DNA from: Myxococcota bacterium
Lineage (GTDB): Bacteria; Myxococcota_A; UBA9042; PHBI01; JAWLBL01
DNA length: 64,000 bases
Direction of reading: 5' to 3'
NCBI GenBank assembly: GCA_041687695.1
Contig: JAWLBL010000001.1
Location: 259,461 to 323,460, forward strand
The notes under the pieces are model-generated. The model was not told the DNA's origin. It saw nothing but the letters and a program-made list of their open reading frames with translations, and did not search any database. Position numbers and translations under genes: made by a program. Shown here one piece after another: positions 41,201-49,642 of this stretch (position 1 is the first letter of the stretch; every line of letters starts with the position of its first letter).

Positions 41201-44200
41201 CAGCGTGACGCGCTGGAAGGTCTTGCTGTTGGCCGCGAGCGACGTGGCGATGGCGTCACCGAGCGTCGGGTCGACCCCGGCCGGCGTCCACACCACGAAG
41301 CCCGAGCCGAGCCCGACCGTGACCTTGAACGGAACGGTCGACGTGAACGCACCGTCCGTGACACGCAGGACCACGTCGTAGGTCCCGATGTGCGACGACT
41401 GGGTCGGCTTCGCGAGGATGCGGGCCTGCCACACGCCGTAGAGATCGAGGCGCGTCGTCGTGTCGATGGTGACGAAGTCCGGGGCGTTGAGCAGTTCGAA
41501 GCTGAGCGTCTGCGTGCTCCACTGGACGTCGTGCGCCCAGAAGAGCTTGTTCTTCGACTCGCCCAGGACCGCCGAGAGCGTGCCGCCGTCGACCAGCTGG
41601 TCGGTCGTGCGGCTGTAGGTCTTGTTGGTCTTGAGGGTCTTGACGAAGAACGGCGCGTTGCCGGCGGCCACGACGAAGTCGTCCACCGAGACGTCGACGT
41701 TCTGCTTCTGGTCGCTGTCCACGCGGAACCCGACGTACACGGCCGACTGCACCAGCATGAAGTTGCTGAGTTCGAACGCGTAGGTCTTGCCGGCGTTGTT
41801 GCCGCTGAGCGAGATGATGCCCAGCGTCTCGGCGCCCGCGTAGTCGTTCGGGTTGGTGGTCGCCAGGACGGTCAGCTTGTGGTTGCCCGGCCCCATCGCC
41901 CAGGCCAGCGAGACCTGGACGCTGACGCTGTCGGCGCCCGACGGGTTGAAGCCCGGGCTGGTCAGGATGGCGTCGGCGCCCACCGAGCCGAGGTTGCCGA
42001 AGCACTCGTAGTGCTCGTCGGGGCCGAGGTAGCCGGCGGTGTCGACGATCCAGCACGGGATGGTCGGCGGGCCGCCCACGCAGTTGGCGTCGGGGGTGCC
42101 CGTGCAGCCGCCACCCGAGCACACGTCGTTCGTCGTGCACGAGATGCCGTCGTCGCAGGCGCCGCCCTCGTTCGCCGCGATGGCGACGCACGCGTCGAGC
42201 GACGTGTCGCACACGCCCAGCTGGCAGGACGTGGTCAGCGCCGAGCAGTCACGGTACTCGCCGATGCAGACGCCGGCCTGGCACGTGGCGTTGTCGGTGC
42301 AGGTCTTGCCGTCGTCGCACGGCGTGCCGTCCGCCTTGCCGTCGCAGACCGTCGCGCAGGCCCCCGGCGTGCCGACGCACTCGCCGGCGTTGCACATGTC
42401 ACCCGTCGTGCAGGTGTCGCCGTCGCTGCAGGACTTGCCCTGGTTGGCGGCCGCGCCCTCGCAGGCGCCGGTCCCCGGGTTGCAGACGCCGGTGGTGCAA
42501 GCGGTGTTGAACGCCGAGCAGGACTTCTGCGGACCGACGCAGGCGCCCGCCTGGCAGACGGTGTTCACCGTGCACGGATCCGAGTCGACGCAGGCCAGGC
42601 CGTCGGTGCCCGGGCCGCACTGCGTGTTGTTGGCGCAGGCCGGATCCTGGCTGCCGTAGCAGGTGCCGCCCCAGCAGGTGTCCTCGGTGGTGCAGGACAC
42701 GCCGTCGTCGCAGGCGCCGCCCTCGTTCGCGGCCGCGGCCTCGCAGGCGCCGGTCGTGCTGTTGCAGACGCCGACGCTGCAGGTGTCGCCGTAGGCGGAG
42801 CAGTCCTTGGTCGCGCCGACGCAAGCGCCAGCCTGGCAGGTCGTGTTGACCGTGCACGGGTTGCCGTCCCAGCAGGGGGTGCCGTTGGTCGCCGTCGCGC
42901 AGTCTGTCGCTACGCAGGTCGGGTCCAGCGCGCCGACGCACTCGCCCTCGTGGCAGAAGGTCTCCTGACCGGCGCAGGGCTCGTCGTGACTGCACGCCGT
43001 GCCATTGTTCGCCGCGGCCGTCGTGCACTGGCCGGTCGCGCCGTCGCAGACGCCGACGGCGCAGGCCGAGTCCAGCTGCGAGCAGCTCTTGGCCGTGCCG
43101 ACGCAGGCGCCGGCCACGCACTGGTCGCCCGTGGTGCACAGGCTGCCGTCCTCGCACGGGGTGCCGTCCGCGGCGCCCTCGCACGGGTTGACGGTGCCCT
43201 GGTTCGCGCAGGTCGGGCTGACCGGGCCGGTGCACTCGCCGTCGAGGCAGGTATCGGGCGAGGTGCAGGTCACCTGGTCGTTGCAGCTGGCGCCGTTGTT
43301 GGCGGGCGCCGACTTGCAGACACCCGTCGCCGGGTCGCAAGAACCGGTGTTGCAGCTGTCGCCGGCCGCAGAGCAGTTCTTGGCCGTGCCGACGCACGCG
43401 CCGTTCGAGCACACGTCGTTGATGGTGCAGGGCTTGGCGTCGTTGCAGGCCATGCCGTTGGTGCCGGCCCCGCATGCCGTGTTGTTCGCGCACTCGGGGT
43501 TGTTGCTGCCGTAGCAGCTGCCGGCGGTGCAGGTGTCGTTCGACGTGCAGGACACGCCGTCGTCACAGGCGCCGCCCTCGTTCGCCGGCTGGACCGTGCA
43601 GGCGCCGGTGGCCGTGTTGCAGACCCCCTCGTTGCAGCCGTCACCGAAGGCGGAGCAGTCCTTGGACGAGCCGGTGCAGACGCCGGCCTGGCAGCTGTCG
43701 TCCAGCGTGCAGGGGTTGCCGTCGTCGCAGGCGGTGCCGGCCGCGGCCGTCGCGCAGTTCACCTGGCCGCAGACCGAGTTGTAGGTGCCGCCGACGCACA
43801 CGCCCGACTGGCACTTGTCGCCCGTCGTGCAGGCGTTGCCGTCGCTGCAGGACCCGCCCTGGTTGGCGGGCTGCTGCACGCACTGGCCGGTCGCCGCGTT
43901 GCACACACCCGTGGCGCAGGTGTCGTCGAGGTGCGAGCAGGTCTTCGCCGAGCCCTGGCAGACGCCCGCCACGCACGCGTCGTCCTGGGTGCAGAGGTCG
44001 CCGTCGTCGCAGGCGGTGCCGTCCGCCTTGCCGGCGCACGGGTTCACCTCTTCCTGGCTGACGCAGCTCGCCAGTGTCGGGCCGTCGCAGATTCCGTCGC
44101 TGCAGGTGTCGGGCCCGGTGCACGCCGACTGGTCGTCGCAGCTGATGCCGTTCGTCTTCGGCTGCGTGACGCAGGCGCCGGTGGCCGCGTCGCACACGCC

Positions 44201-47200
44201 CGTGTTGCACGTGTCGGTGAACGCGGTGCAGTTCTTGGCCGTACCCGTGCAGGTGCCGCCCTGGCAGGTCGTGTTGACCGTGCAGGGGTTGCCGTCCCAG
44301 CAGGGGCTGCCGGCCGGCGCGGTCGCGCAGCTGGTGCTCGCGCAGACCGGGTCGAGCTCGCCCGCGCAGAACCCGTCCTGACAGACGTCTCCCGTCGTAC
44401 AGGCCTCGCCGTCGCTGCAGCTGCCGCCGTCGTTCGACGGGATGGCCTCGCACAGCCCGGTCGCCGCGTCGCAGGCGCCGACGGTGCAGGTCCCGTTCAG
44501 CTTGGAGCAGTCCTTGGCCGTACCGACGCACACGCCGGCCTGACACGCATCGCCCACGGTGCAGGCGCTGCCGTCGTCGCAGGCCGTGCCGTTGGGCACG
44601 CCCTCGCACTCGTTGGGATCGGTCGTGTCATCGCAGATGCCCGAGTCGACACCGGCGCACACACCATCGGTGCAGACGTCGCTCGTCGTGCACGAGACGC
44701 CGTCGTCGCACGACCCGCCGCTCGAGAGCGGCTCGTACGTGCAGTCACCGGTCGCCGCGTCGCACACGCCGTCGCCGCAGGCGTCCGACAGGTACCCGCA
44801 GCTCTTGGGCTCACCCACGCAGGCGCCGGCCGAGCAGTAGGTGTTGACCGTGCACGGATCACCATCGTCGCAGGCGCTGCCCGCCGGGGCGGTGCTGCAG
44901 TCGGTCGCCGAGCAGGTCGCGTCCGGGGTTCCGGCGCACACGCCCTCCGCCGTGCACTTGTCGCCCGTGGTGCAGGGCTCGCCGTCCTGGCAGGTGCCAC
45001 CCACGTTGGTCACCTTGGAGACGCACTGCCCGGAGGTCGGCTCGCAGGTCGCGACCGTGCACTGGGTGTGCAGGTGCGAGCAGTCCTTGGTCGAGCCGAC
45101 GCACTGCCCGGCGACGCAGGCGTCGTTCAGGGTGCAGAGGTTGCCGTCCTCGCACGCCGTGCCGTCGGGCTGGCCGAGGCAGGGGTTCGTGCAGACGTCG
45201 TGGCCCACGCAGCTGCCGAGCTGGCAGGTGTCACCCGCCGTGCAGCTGATGCCGTCGTTGCAGCTGACGCCCTCGTTGACGGGCTTGGCCGTGCAGGCGC
45301 CGGTCGCCGCCTCGCACACGCCGAGGGTGCAAGTCGTCGTCAGCGCGCTGCAGTTCTTCTGGGTGCCCTTGCAGATACCGTTCTGGCAGGTGTCACCGAC
45401 GGTGCAGGCGCTGCCATCCTCGCAGGCCGTGCCGTTCGGCGCCCCCAGGCAGGGGTTCGGCGCCGTCGTGTCGTCGCACGCGGGATCGAGCGTCCCGCCT
45501 ACGCACTGGCCGGCCGAGCAGGTGTCACCCGTCGTGCAGGACTTGCCGTCGTCGCAGGAGGCGCCAGCATTGGCGGGCTTGCGCTCGCAGGCTCCCGTCG
45601 TGGCGTTGCACTGACCGGTCGCGCAGGCGTCCGCGAGGTACGAGCAGTCCTTGGGCTGTCCGACGCAGGCGCCCGAGGAGCAGACGGTGCCGACCGTGCA
45701 GGGGTCGCCGTCGTCGCAGGCCGTCCCGTCCGGCGAGGTCGCGCAGTCGGTCGCGCTGCACACCGGATCCGCGGTCCCGACGCACTGGCCGGAGACGCAC
45801 TTGTCGCCCGTCGTGCAGGGCTCGCCGTCGCTGCACGCGGCGCCGCTGTTGACTGGCGTGTTCTCGCACAGGCCGTTGACAGGGTTGCAAGCGGCGCTCG
45901 AGCAGGCCGTGGTCAGGGCCGAGCAGTCCTTGAAGTTGCCGCCACAGACCCCCGACTTGCAGGTGTCGTTGGTCGTGCAGAGGTTGCCGTCCTCGCAGGG
46001 CGTGCCGTCGGCCTTGCCCAGGCAGGGATCGCTGCAGACGTCCACGCCCGAGCAGACGCCCGCCTTGCAGGTGTCACCGCTGGTGCAGCTGATGCCGTCG
46101 TTGCACGTCGCGCCCTCGTTGGCGGCCTTGGCCTGGCAAGCGCCGTTGGCGGGGTTGCACGTGCCGACGGTGCAGGCGCCGTTGAGCGCGCTGCAGTCCT
46201 TGGGAGCGCCCGAGCAAGCCCCGGCGATGCAGGTGGTGTTGACCGTGCACGGGTCGCCGTCGTCGCAGGGGGTGCCGTTCGCCTTGCCCTCGCAAGCGCT
46301 GGCGCAGGCCGGATTCGGCGCGCCGCCGCAGACGCCGGCGGTGCAGACGTCGCCCGTCGTGCAGGAGTCGCCGTCCGAGCAGGCGCCGCCCTCGTTCTTG
46401 GGCTGCGCCGTGCAGGCGCCGCTGCTGCAGACACCCGTCGTGCACGCCGAGTCGAGCGCCGAGCAGTCCTTGGTCGCGCCCACGCACACGCCGCCCGTGC
46501 AGACGTCGTTCACGGTGCAGCCGTTGCCGTCCGAGCAGGGCGTGCCGTTGGCCTTGCCCGTGCAGTCGCTGCCGCCGGTGTCGCCGCCGCCGTCCCAGTC
46601 GCAGTCCGGATCACCGGGCTGGCACTCGCCGTCGTCGATGCCGCCCACGCAGCCGGGGACGTTCACCTCGGTGCAGTGGCCGGCGTCGCAGAAGGGCACC
46701 GTGCAGCTGTTGCCGTCCTGGTCCGCGCACTCGGCGCTGTCGGAGCAGCAGCCTTCGCCGTCGGTCGCCACGTGGCGGCAGGTCTTGTCGGTGTGACAGA
46801 AGTCGGTCGTGCAGGCGTCGCCGTCGTTGCAGTCGGCGTGGGTCTCGCAGCAGACCGAGTTCTCGATGAGGTTGCACTGTCCGGCGGTGGTGCACTCCCA
46901 GACGAAGCAGGTCGCCGGGCCGTCCGGGTCCGGACCGCAGACGCTGGACAGCGTGCTGGGCGGCGCGCCGGGTTCACAGCAGTCGGTCGTGTTCTCGTAC
47001 TGGCACGTGCCGTTCACGCAGGAGTCGGTCGTGCACGAGACGTTGTCGTTGCAGTCGGCGCTGGTGATGCAGCAGTCGAGGATCGGAGTGTTGTGGCAGA
47101 CGTTCGACGCGCTGCAGGTGTCCTGCGTACAGGCCTTGCCGTCGTCGCAGTCGGTGTTGCTCAGGCAGCAGTCGAGCTTGGGCGGGTAGGTGCACGTGCC

Positions 47201-49642
47201 GGTGCCGATGTCACAGACCTGGAGCGTGCAGGGGTCGCCGTCGTCGGCGCAGTCGGCGTTCTGGGTGCAGCAGCCGGGCTGCATGAGGTGCTGACACTTC
47301 TGCAGGCCGATGTCGCAGCTGTCCGTCGTGCAGACGTTGCCGTCGTCGCAGGGGTCGGTGACGCTGGTGCAGTAGTCTGGATCCTGCGGGTAGGTGCACA
47401 GGTTCGAGCCCGTGTCGCACATGTCGATGGTCGACGGGTCACCGTCGTCGCACTCGTCGTCGCCGTTGCAGCACTGGTCGCCGCCCGTCACGACCGGGAC
47501 CGGCGGCTGGCAGGTGTGGTTGACCGGGTCGCAGTCGTCCACCGTGCAGACGTCGCCGTCGTCGCAGTCGGCGTCGCCGACGCAGCAGCCGGCGATGATG
47601 TTCGAGCTGTAGCGGCAGATGTTGCCGATGCAGCGATCGATGTTGCACGGGTTGAGGTCGTTGCAGTCCGCGTTCGTCGTGCAGCACTGCTCCTTGAGCT
47701 CGGGCGGCTTGCAGGTCTTCGTCGCGGTGTCGCAGGCGTCGATGGTGCAAGCGTTGTAGTCGTTGCAGTCGGTGTCGACGGTGCAGCAGGTCTCGGCCTT
47801 GGGGAAGAAGCAGCGGCTGTCCCAACCGCAGCGCCCCTCGGCGCACTCGCCGGCGGTCGACGGCGGCACGCAGCTGTTGTCGAGGATGCCCTGGTAGGCC
47901 GACTTGTTGAGGTTCTTGGGCGAACCATAGAGGTTGTAGGCGGTGTTGCCGTACTTCTGGTTGTTCGCCGGGTTCTTGTTGTCGCCGGCCGGCCGCCAGT
48001 TGGTGCCGTCCGAGTTGTCCATGAACATGTGGCGGAGCTCCATGCTCCGCTTGTCCTTCATGGTCATCTGGGCGCTGTCGATGGTCACCTGGTCGACCAC
48101 GGCGCCGGTGTTGTCCTTGAGCGTCAGCGTGTAGTTGACGGCGCCGCCGGTCTCGTAGGGATCGGGCAGCGAGATCGCGTTGCCGTACTGGTAGCTCGGG
48201 GTGAAGCCGCCGTTCTGGTTCTTGTCGGCGACGCGGGCGAGGACGATGTAGGTGCCCGGGTAGAACTTGAGGGCGTTACCGCCACCGACCGCGTTCACCG
48301 TCGCGATGATGTGGCTGCCGCCCAGGCTGGTCTCGAGGCGGTAGCCGGTCAGGTCGATCATCGCGGTGCCGGTGTTGTACAGCTCGATCCACTCGCCCTT
48401 GGCGTCGGCGATGTCGCCCGGCGAGAGCATGATCTCGTTGATGACCAGGTTGCTGGTCGTCGGCAGCGCGCAGTACAGCGGGTCGGGGTTGTTCTCGCAG
48501 GAGTTGGCGACGCAGTCGTCGATGGTGCTGGGGTCGTTGTCGTTGCAGTCCGCGTCGACCACGCAGCAGCTGGGCTGGCCGGGATCATCCTCGTAGATGC
48601 ACTGCCCCTTCTCGGCGGTCACGTCCGGGAAGTTGCACAGGTTCAGCGTGCACGGGTTGTAGTCGTTGCAGTCCGAGGCGTCCGTGCAGCAGCCGAGCTC
48701 GGGCGGGCCGAAGCGGCAGCGCGAGGTCTTCTTGGTCGAGTCGAAGTAGCACATGTACGGGACGCAAGGGTCGTCGGGCTTGCAGTCCTCGTCGGTGTTG
48801 CAGCAGAGCGGATCGTCGATGGGCGCGTTGGTGCAGGTGTTGGTGGCGACGTCGCAGCTGTCGCTCGTGCACCAGTCCGAGTCGTTGCAGTCTTCGTTCG
48901 TCAGGCAGCAGCCCGCGATCGTGTCGTGGATGCACTTGCCGGTGACGTCGCACCAGTCGTTGGTGCAGATGTTGCCGTCGTCGCAGTCGTTGTTCGACAC
49001 GCACTCGAGGCACTTGTTGTCGATGCAGTAGTCGCCGTACGGACACTCGAGCGGCGTGTCGCAGCACGACTCGCCCGTGCCCGCCGACAGCAGGCCGTAG
49101 CGGCACTCGTTGCTGACGCAGGTCTCCGCCGAGCAGACGAGCCCGTCGGCGCAGTCCTCCTTCGTCGCGCAGGGCTTGATCACGCGCACGTAGATGGCGG
49201 CCAGGCTCTCCGGGTTCGGCAGCGCCGAACCGTCAGCCGCCACCAGCCGCGCGGCGAGGTGTCGCTGGCCGTAGGGGACGTTGTTGAAGGTGAACGGCGT
49301 GGTCGTGTCGACCTCGGTCACCTGAACGCCGTCGAGGTACCACTTGACGTGGTACCCGGTCGCGCTCACGGCCGCGTTCGTCACCGAGATCGAGACGGTG
49401 ACCGATGTCGGCGTCGTGTAGTTGACGACGGTGAAGTTGGCTGGCGACGTGATCTTGATGGTGGGGTCGGTCGCCGCCCCCAACATGACCGTCGAAAGCC
49501 ACGTGTCCTCACCCGCGTCGGCTCCGACGTCGGTGCTCATCGGCTCGGGCGCGTCCTGACCGCTGCAAGCGGCGAACGTCGCGAGCGCTACACCAACGAG
49601 CAGCCACCTACAGCTCCCCCTGCGTAGATGCCAGCCTGTCAT
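35258..49642 (-). CDS. giant (4794 aa) cysteine-rich repetitive surface lipoprotein / putative adhesin
   Basis: Lipobox FAAC (Cys26); Ig-like domain; lamin-tail domain (LVINEIM..GEWIELYN); many CxDGxxCTxDxC repeats; two proprotein-convertase P-like domains; PPC-like domains; CxSGFCVDGVCC repeats; DCNDxN..PG..E.C..DDNCNG repeats. Confidence 0.9.
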   Translation of the reverse strand: MTGWHLRRGSCRWLLVGVALATFAACSGQDAPEPMSTDVGADAGEDTWLSTVMLGAATDPTIKITSPANFTVVNYTTPTSVTVSISVTNAAVSATGYHVKWYLDGVQVTEVDTTTPFTFNNVPYGQRHLAARLVAADGSALPNPESLAAIYVRVIKPCATKEDCADGLVCSAETCVSNECRYGLLSAGTGESCCDTPLECPYGDYCIDNKCLECVSNNDCDDGNICTNDWCDVTGKCIHDTIAGCCLTNEDCNDSDWCTSDSCDVATNTCTNAPIDDPLCCNTDEDCKPDDPCVPYMCYFDSTKKTSRCRFGPPELGCCTDASDCNDYNPCTLNLCNFPDVTAEKGQCIYEDDPGQPSCCVVDADCNDNDPSTIDDCVANSCENNPDPLYCALPTTSNLVINEIMLSPGDIADAKGEWIELYNTGTAMIDLTGYRLETSLGGSHIIATVNAVGGGNALKFYPGTYIVLARVADKNQNGGFTPSYQYGNAISLPDPYETGGAVNYTLTLKDNTGAVVDQVTIDSAQMTMKDKRSMELRHMFMDNSDGTNWRPAGDNKNPANNQKYGNTAYNLYGSPKNLNKSAYQGILDNSCVPPSTAGECAEGRCGWDSRCFFPKAETCCTVDTDCNDYNACTIDACDTATKTCKPPELKEQCCTTNADCNDLNPCNIDRCIGNICRYSSNIIAGCCVGDADCDDGDVCTVDDCDPVNHTCQPPVPVVTGGDQCCNGDDECDDGDPSTIDMCDTGSNLCTYPQDPDYCTSVTDPCDDGNVCTTDSCDIGLQKCQHLMQPGCCTQNADCADDGDPCTLQVCDIGTGTCTYPPKLDCCLSNTDCDDGKACTQDTCSASNVCHNTPILDCCITSADCNDNVSCTTDSCVNGTCQYENTTDCCEPGAPPSTLSSVCGPDPDGPATCFVWECTTAGQCNLIENSVCCETHADCNDGDACTTDFCHTDKTCRHVATDGEGCCSDSAECADQDGNSCTVPFCDAGHCTEVNVPGCVGGIDDGECQPGDPDCDWDGGGDTGGSDCTGKANGTPCSDGNGCTVNDVCTGGVCVGATKDCSALDSACTTGVCSSGACTAQPKNEGGACSDGDSCTTGDVCTAGVCGGAPNPACASACEGKANGTPCDDGDPCTVNTTCIAGACSGAPKDCSALNGACTVGTCNPANGACQAKAANEGATCNDGISCTSGDTCKAGVCSGVDVCSDPCLGKADGTPCEDGNLCTTNDTCKSGVCGGNFKDCSALTTACSSAACNPVNGLCENTPVNSGAACSDGEPCTTGDKCVSGQCVGTADPVCSATDCATSPDGTACDDGDPCTVGTVCSSGACVGQPKDCSYLADACATGQCNATTGACERKPANAGASCDDGKSCTTGDTCSAGQCVGGTLDPACDDTTAPNPCLGAPNGTACEDGSACTVGDTCQNGICKGTQKNCSALTTTCTLGVCEAATGACTAKPVNEGVSCNDGISCTAGDTCQLGSCVGHDVCTNPCLGQPDGTACEDGNLCTLNDACVAGQCVGSTKDCSHLHTQCTVATCEPTSGQCVSKVTNVGGTCQDGEPCTTGDKCTAEGVCAGTPDATCSATDCSTAPAGSACDDGDPCTVNTYCSAGACVGEPKSCGYLSDACGDGVCDAATGDCTYEPLSSGGSCDDGVSCTTSDVCTDGVCAGVDSGICDDTTDPNECEGVPNGTACDDGSACTVGDACQAGVCVGTAKDCSKLNGTCTVGACDAATGLCEAIPSNDGGSCSDGEACTTGDVCQDGFCAGELDPVCASTSCATAPAGSPCWDGNPCTVNTTCQGGTCTGTAKNCTAFTDTCNTGVCDAATGACVTQPKTNGISCDDQSACTGPDTCSDGICDGPTLASCVSQEEVNPCAGKADGTACDDGDLCTQDDACVAGVCQGSAKTCSHLDDTCATGVCNAATGQCVQQPANQGGSCSDGNACTTGDKCQSGVCVGGTYNSVCGQVNCATAAAGTACDDGNPCTLDDSCQAGVCTGSSKDCSAFGDGCNEGVCNTATGACTVQPANEGGACDDGVSCTSNDTCTAGSCYGSNNPECANNTACGAGTNGMACNDAKPCTINDVCSNGACVGTAKNCSAAGDSCNTGSCDPATGVCKSAPANNGASCNDQVTCTSPDTCLDGECTGPVSPTCANQGTVNPCEGAADGTPCEDGSLCTTGDQCVAGACVGTAKSCSQLDSACAVGVCDGATGQCTTAAANNGTACSHDEPCAGQETFCHEGECVGALDPTCVATDCATATNGTPCWDGNPCTVNTTCQAGACVGATKDCSAYGDTCSVGVCNSTTGACEAAAANEGGACDDGVSCTTEDTCWGGTCYGSQDPACANNTQCGPGTDGLACVDSDPCTVNTVCQAGACVGPQKSCSAFNTACTTGVCNPGTGACEGAAANQGKSCSDGDTCTTGDMCNAGECVGTPGACATVCDGKADGTPCDDGKTCTDNATCQAGVCIGEYRDCSALTTSCQLGVCDTSLDACVAIAANEGGACDDGISCTTNDVCSGGGCTGTPDANCVGGPPTIPCWIVDTAGYLGPDEHYECFGNLGSVGADAILTSPGFNPSGADSVSVQVSLAWAMGPGNHKLTVLATTNPNDYAGAETLGIISLSGNNAGKTYAFELSNFMLVQSAVYVGFRVDSDQKQNVDVSVDDFVVAAGNAPFFVKTLKTNKTYSRTTDQLVDGGTLSAVLGESKNKLFWAHDVQWSTQTLSFELLNAPDFVTIDTTTRLDLYGVWQARILAKPTQSSHIGTYDVVLRVTDGAFTSTVPFKVTVGLGSGFVVWTPAGVDPTLGDAIATSLAANSKTFQRVTLLSGVADWSKVQGLFITAGGANTTHVFSNDAIQPVLAYLDAGGRVYMEGSKTFAEDAQTQLHSRFRLVPTEPNAGLSANLTGVSFHYTRSVSYTTDAAFRGDVDAVAAALGSTARPVLRNKGAVKDYAVAIAHEDGATASRTYGTTALFGRMSTAGSTPDQIMADILKFFEQGFGPCAAHEQCWDGRPCTDDLCSGAVCQNSPKASCSGCLSDTDCTNGQVCDATGACVTPPGDDSGGPTDETPFACDSSNDIVTLTKTTTGFNVVADAKTSIHLVAGEGSDLGGVRITLAHNGVSVVLKEADPGDTRTEMAVTYDVGSLPAAGSMNDFNGTYLQGDWLLVLEETQGGAACHTLTSWDLFVVSEPPPVTGCTTNADCDNGQFCDGVETCNAGTCVAGAAPSCNDGNTCSTDVCDPAGNNFKGACDNSGRLPSCAGLECSGKHSMDAGDGGCGQNDACLGGLNGGEGTCTPVCPTCAVKHALDLATPIQDFQCVTEFLTINSGDLYVDDIWVKLDVKHSRLKDLTVRVYAPNDAYVTVIDGQGGLLQDFHSTFDLSNPNTVDNMCALGGINPDGVWKVQVCDNSIGGQGTLQGASLWVKTTNNDPGAGQECSNAIPVLTDDATYTLYGNTECRANSTTGSCSGMGGHDTVYTFTLTEPKRVTAILTPVDEDVPPQTAPWNAAVYFTQSCAPGSTHCVDAAGAGGTEILDRQLAAGTWFAVVDAALDTSWGKYKLALTFQTLGDDGETCDEDIDCGTGHCQNGFCCTGGDCCAVAADCPASYTEAAICSDIPACQGYRKDPVCNASVCGNTTVADDTACTVSTQAKECGLYPDEYCTGAAVQTEPMCATDCGADSDCIEAAFCNASGQCAADQGNGIVCDRDSQCASGFCVDGVCCDGGCGGLCESCIVAGFVGQCRAVQNGQDPDNECAGTGFCGGVCDGNRQCTFKSSTTPCGTCTRCSGDGFCNNYATSGTDPDDTCGLCQVCGGGGSCVNVAAGQDPLNECATSAQSTCGNDGTCDGGGACRKWVAGTECVAQSCTNGTVDPTHTCDGAGTCQNPADVFCGGFACTGADCKTSCTGDTDCISGYFCSGGSCLPKKAPGVACSASNQCQSGFCVDGVCCNQACGGTCRACNLAGSVGTCVNHSAGTDPESGCSPYFCTGTGPSCATTCSSDSQCQAGFWCDGTQCQPKKTNGTTCSGANQCTSGFCNARDGVCCDTSCDSTCTTCKAAGSEGTCKMVGSGQDPYNECTGTGTCGGVCNGAGACSYPTTATSCGTCKRCNGAGACSNVPNNSDPLSHCGGCQTCNGSGACKSIASGQDPKNFCTDQGPCGLNGQCNGSGACGYYAAGYTVVAASCNASTNIHYPADVCNGSGGIVDGGSVGCAPYACGATTCKTSCTQHSDCASGHFCDLNDSDLDGNKNECLPKKSDGQGCSANAADYECSGGECSNGYCCGSAGAACCATNSHCGFMAEAPKCNSVTSGGCSGSRVDATCSNNVCVTTTVSDASACVGQTCQAASCSSNVHYGTKTCQPGGSCSGTSTNCNDGNVCTIDSCTASTGCSHTNNGAYSETCYDGPAGTAGVGQCKSGTRSCVGGNLSSTCSGQVLPTTEVCGGGDENCNGVANEENALNCTWFRYDNDGDGVGVSTNRKCLCAPTGKYTAPDSGATDCNDSNAGMYPGNTEKCSTSYDDNCNGAINEQNAQGCTTYFYDVDGDGYGVSTSQCHCGATGYYRATVASDCNDSNYYVNPGRPEICNGIDDNCNGGIDTQEVALSTLCPNPPNAQAYCAGGSGCQINYCASHWYNVDGVYSNGCEVQADAYDRNGQGNSCATAVNFGTLWSDLATTGTGNGNIVPAGDSDWYTFFAYAWDYGKTFHMNASFVSTGDTYYRFDIYRGSCSALVCSGRTSYDDYTTHTLGNCSTVYSPYHTAPNRNYAYNTNCGTSTQKCCHYPAGHAQYYVRVYRSNGTASPAGNNYSIRFRAGY
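42080..46564 (-). repeat. 16 tandem ~93-aa Cys-rich modules within the giant protein
   Basis: Each module begins C.g..[DN]G[TS].C.DG..CT and contains KxCS, G.C....G.C and N.G..C.DG..CT..D.C; counted by eye. Confidence 0.85.

Noticed and set aside
35348..49627. 4759-aa ORF on the + strand antisense to the giant gene
   Set aside because: It is in exact codon register with the real gene. It stays open only because TTA, CTA and TCA codons are avoided in this GC-rich gene, and the translation is Ala/Arg/Val/Gly-rich with no domains.
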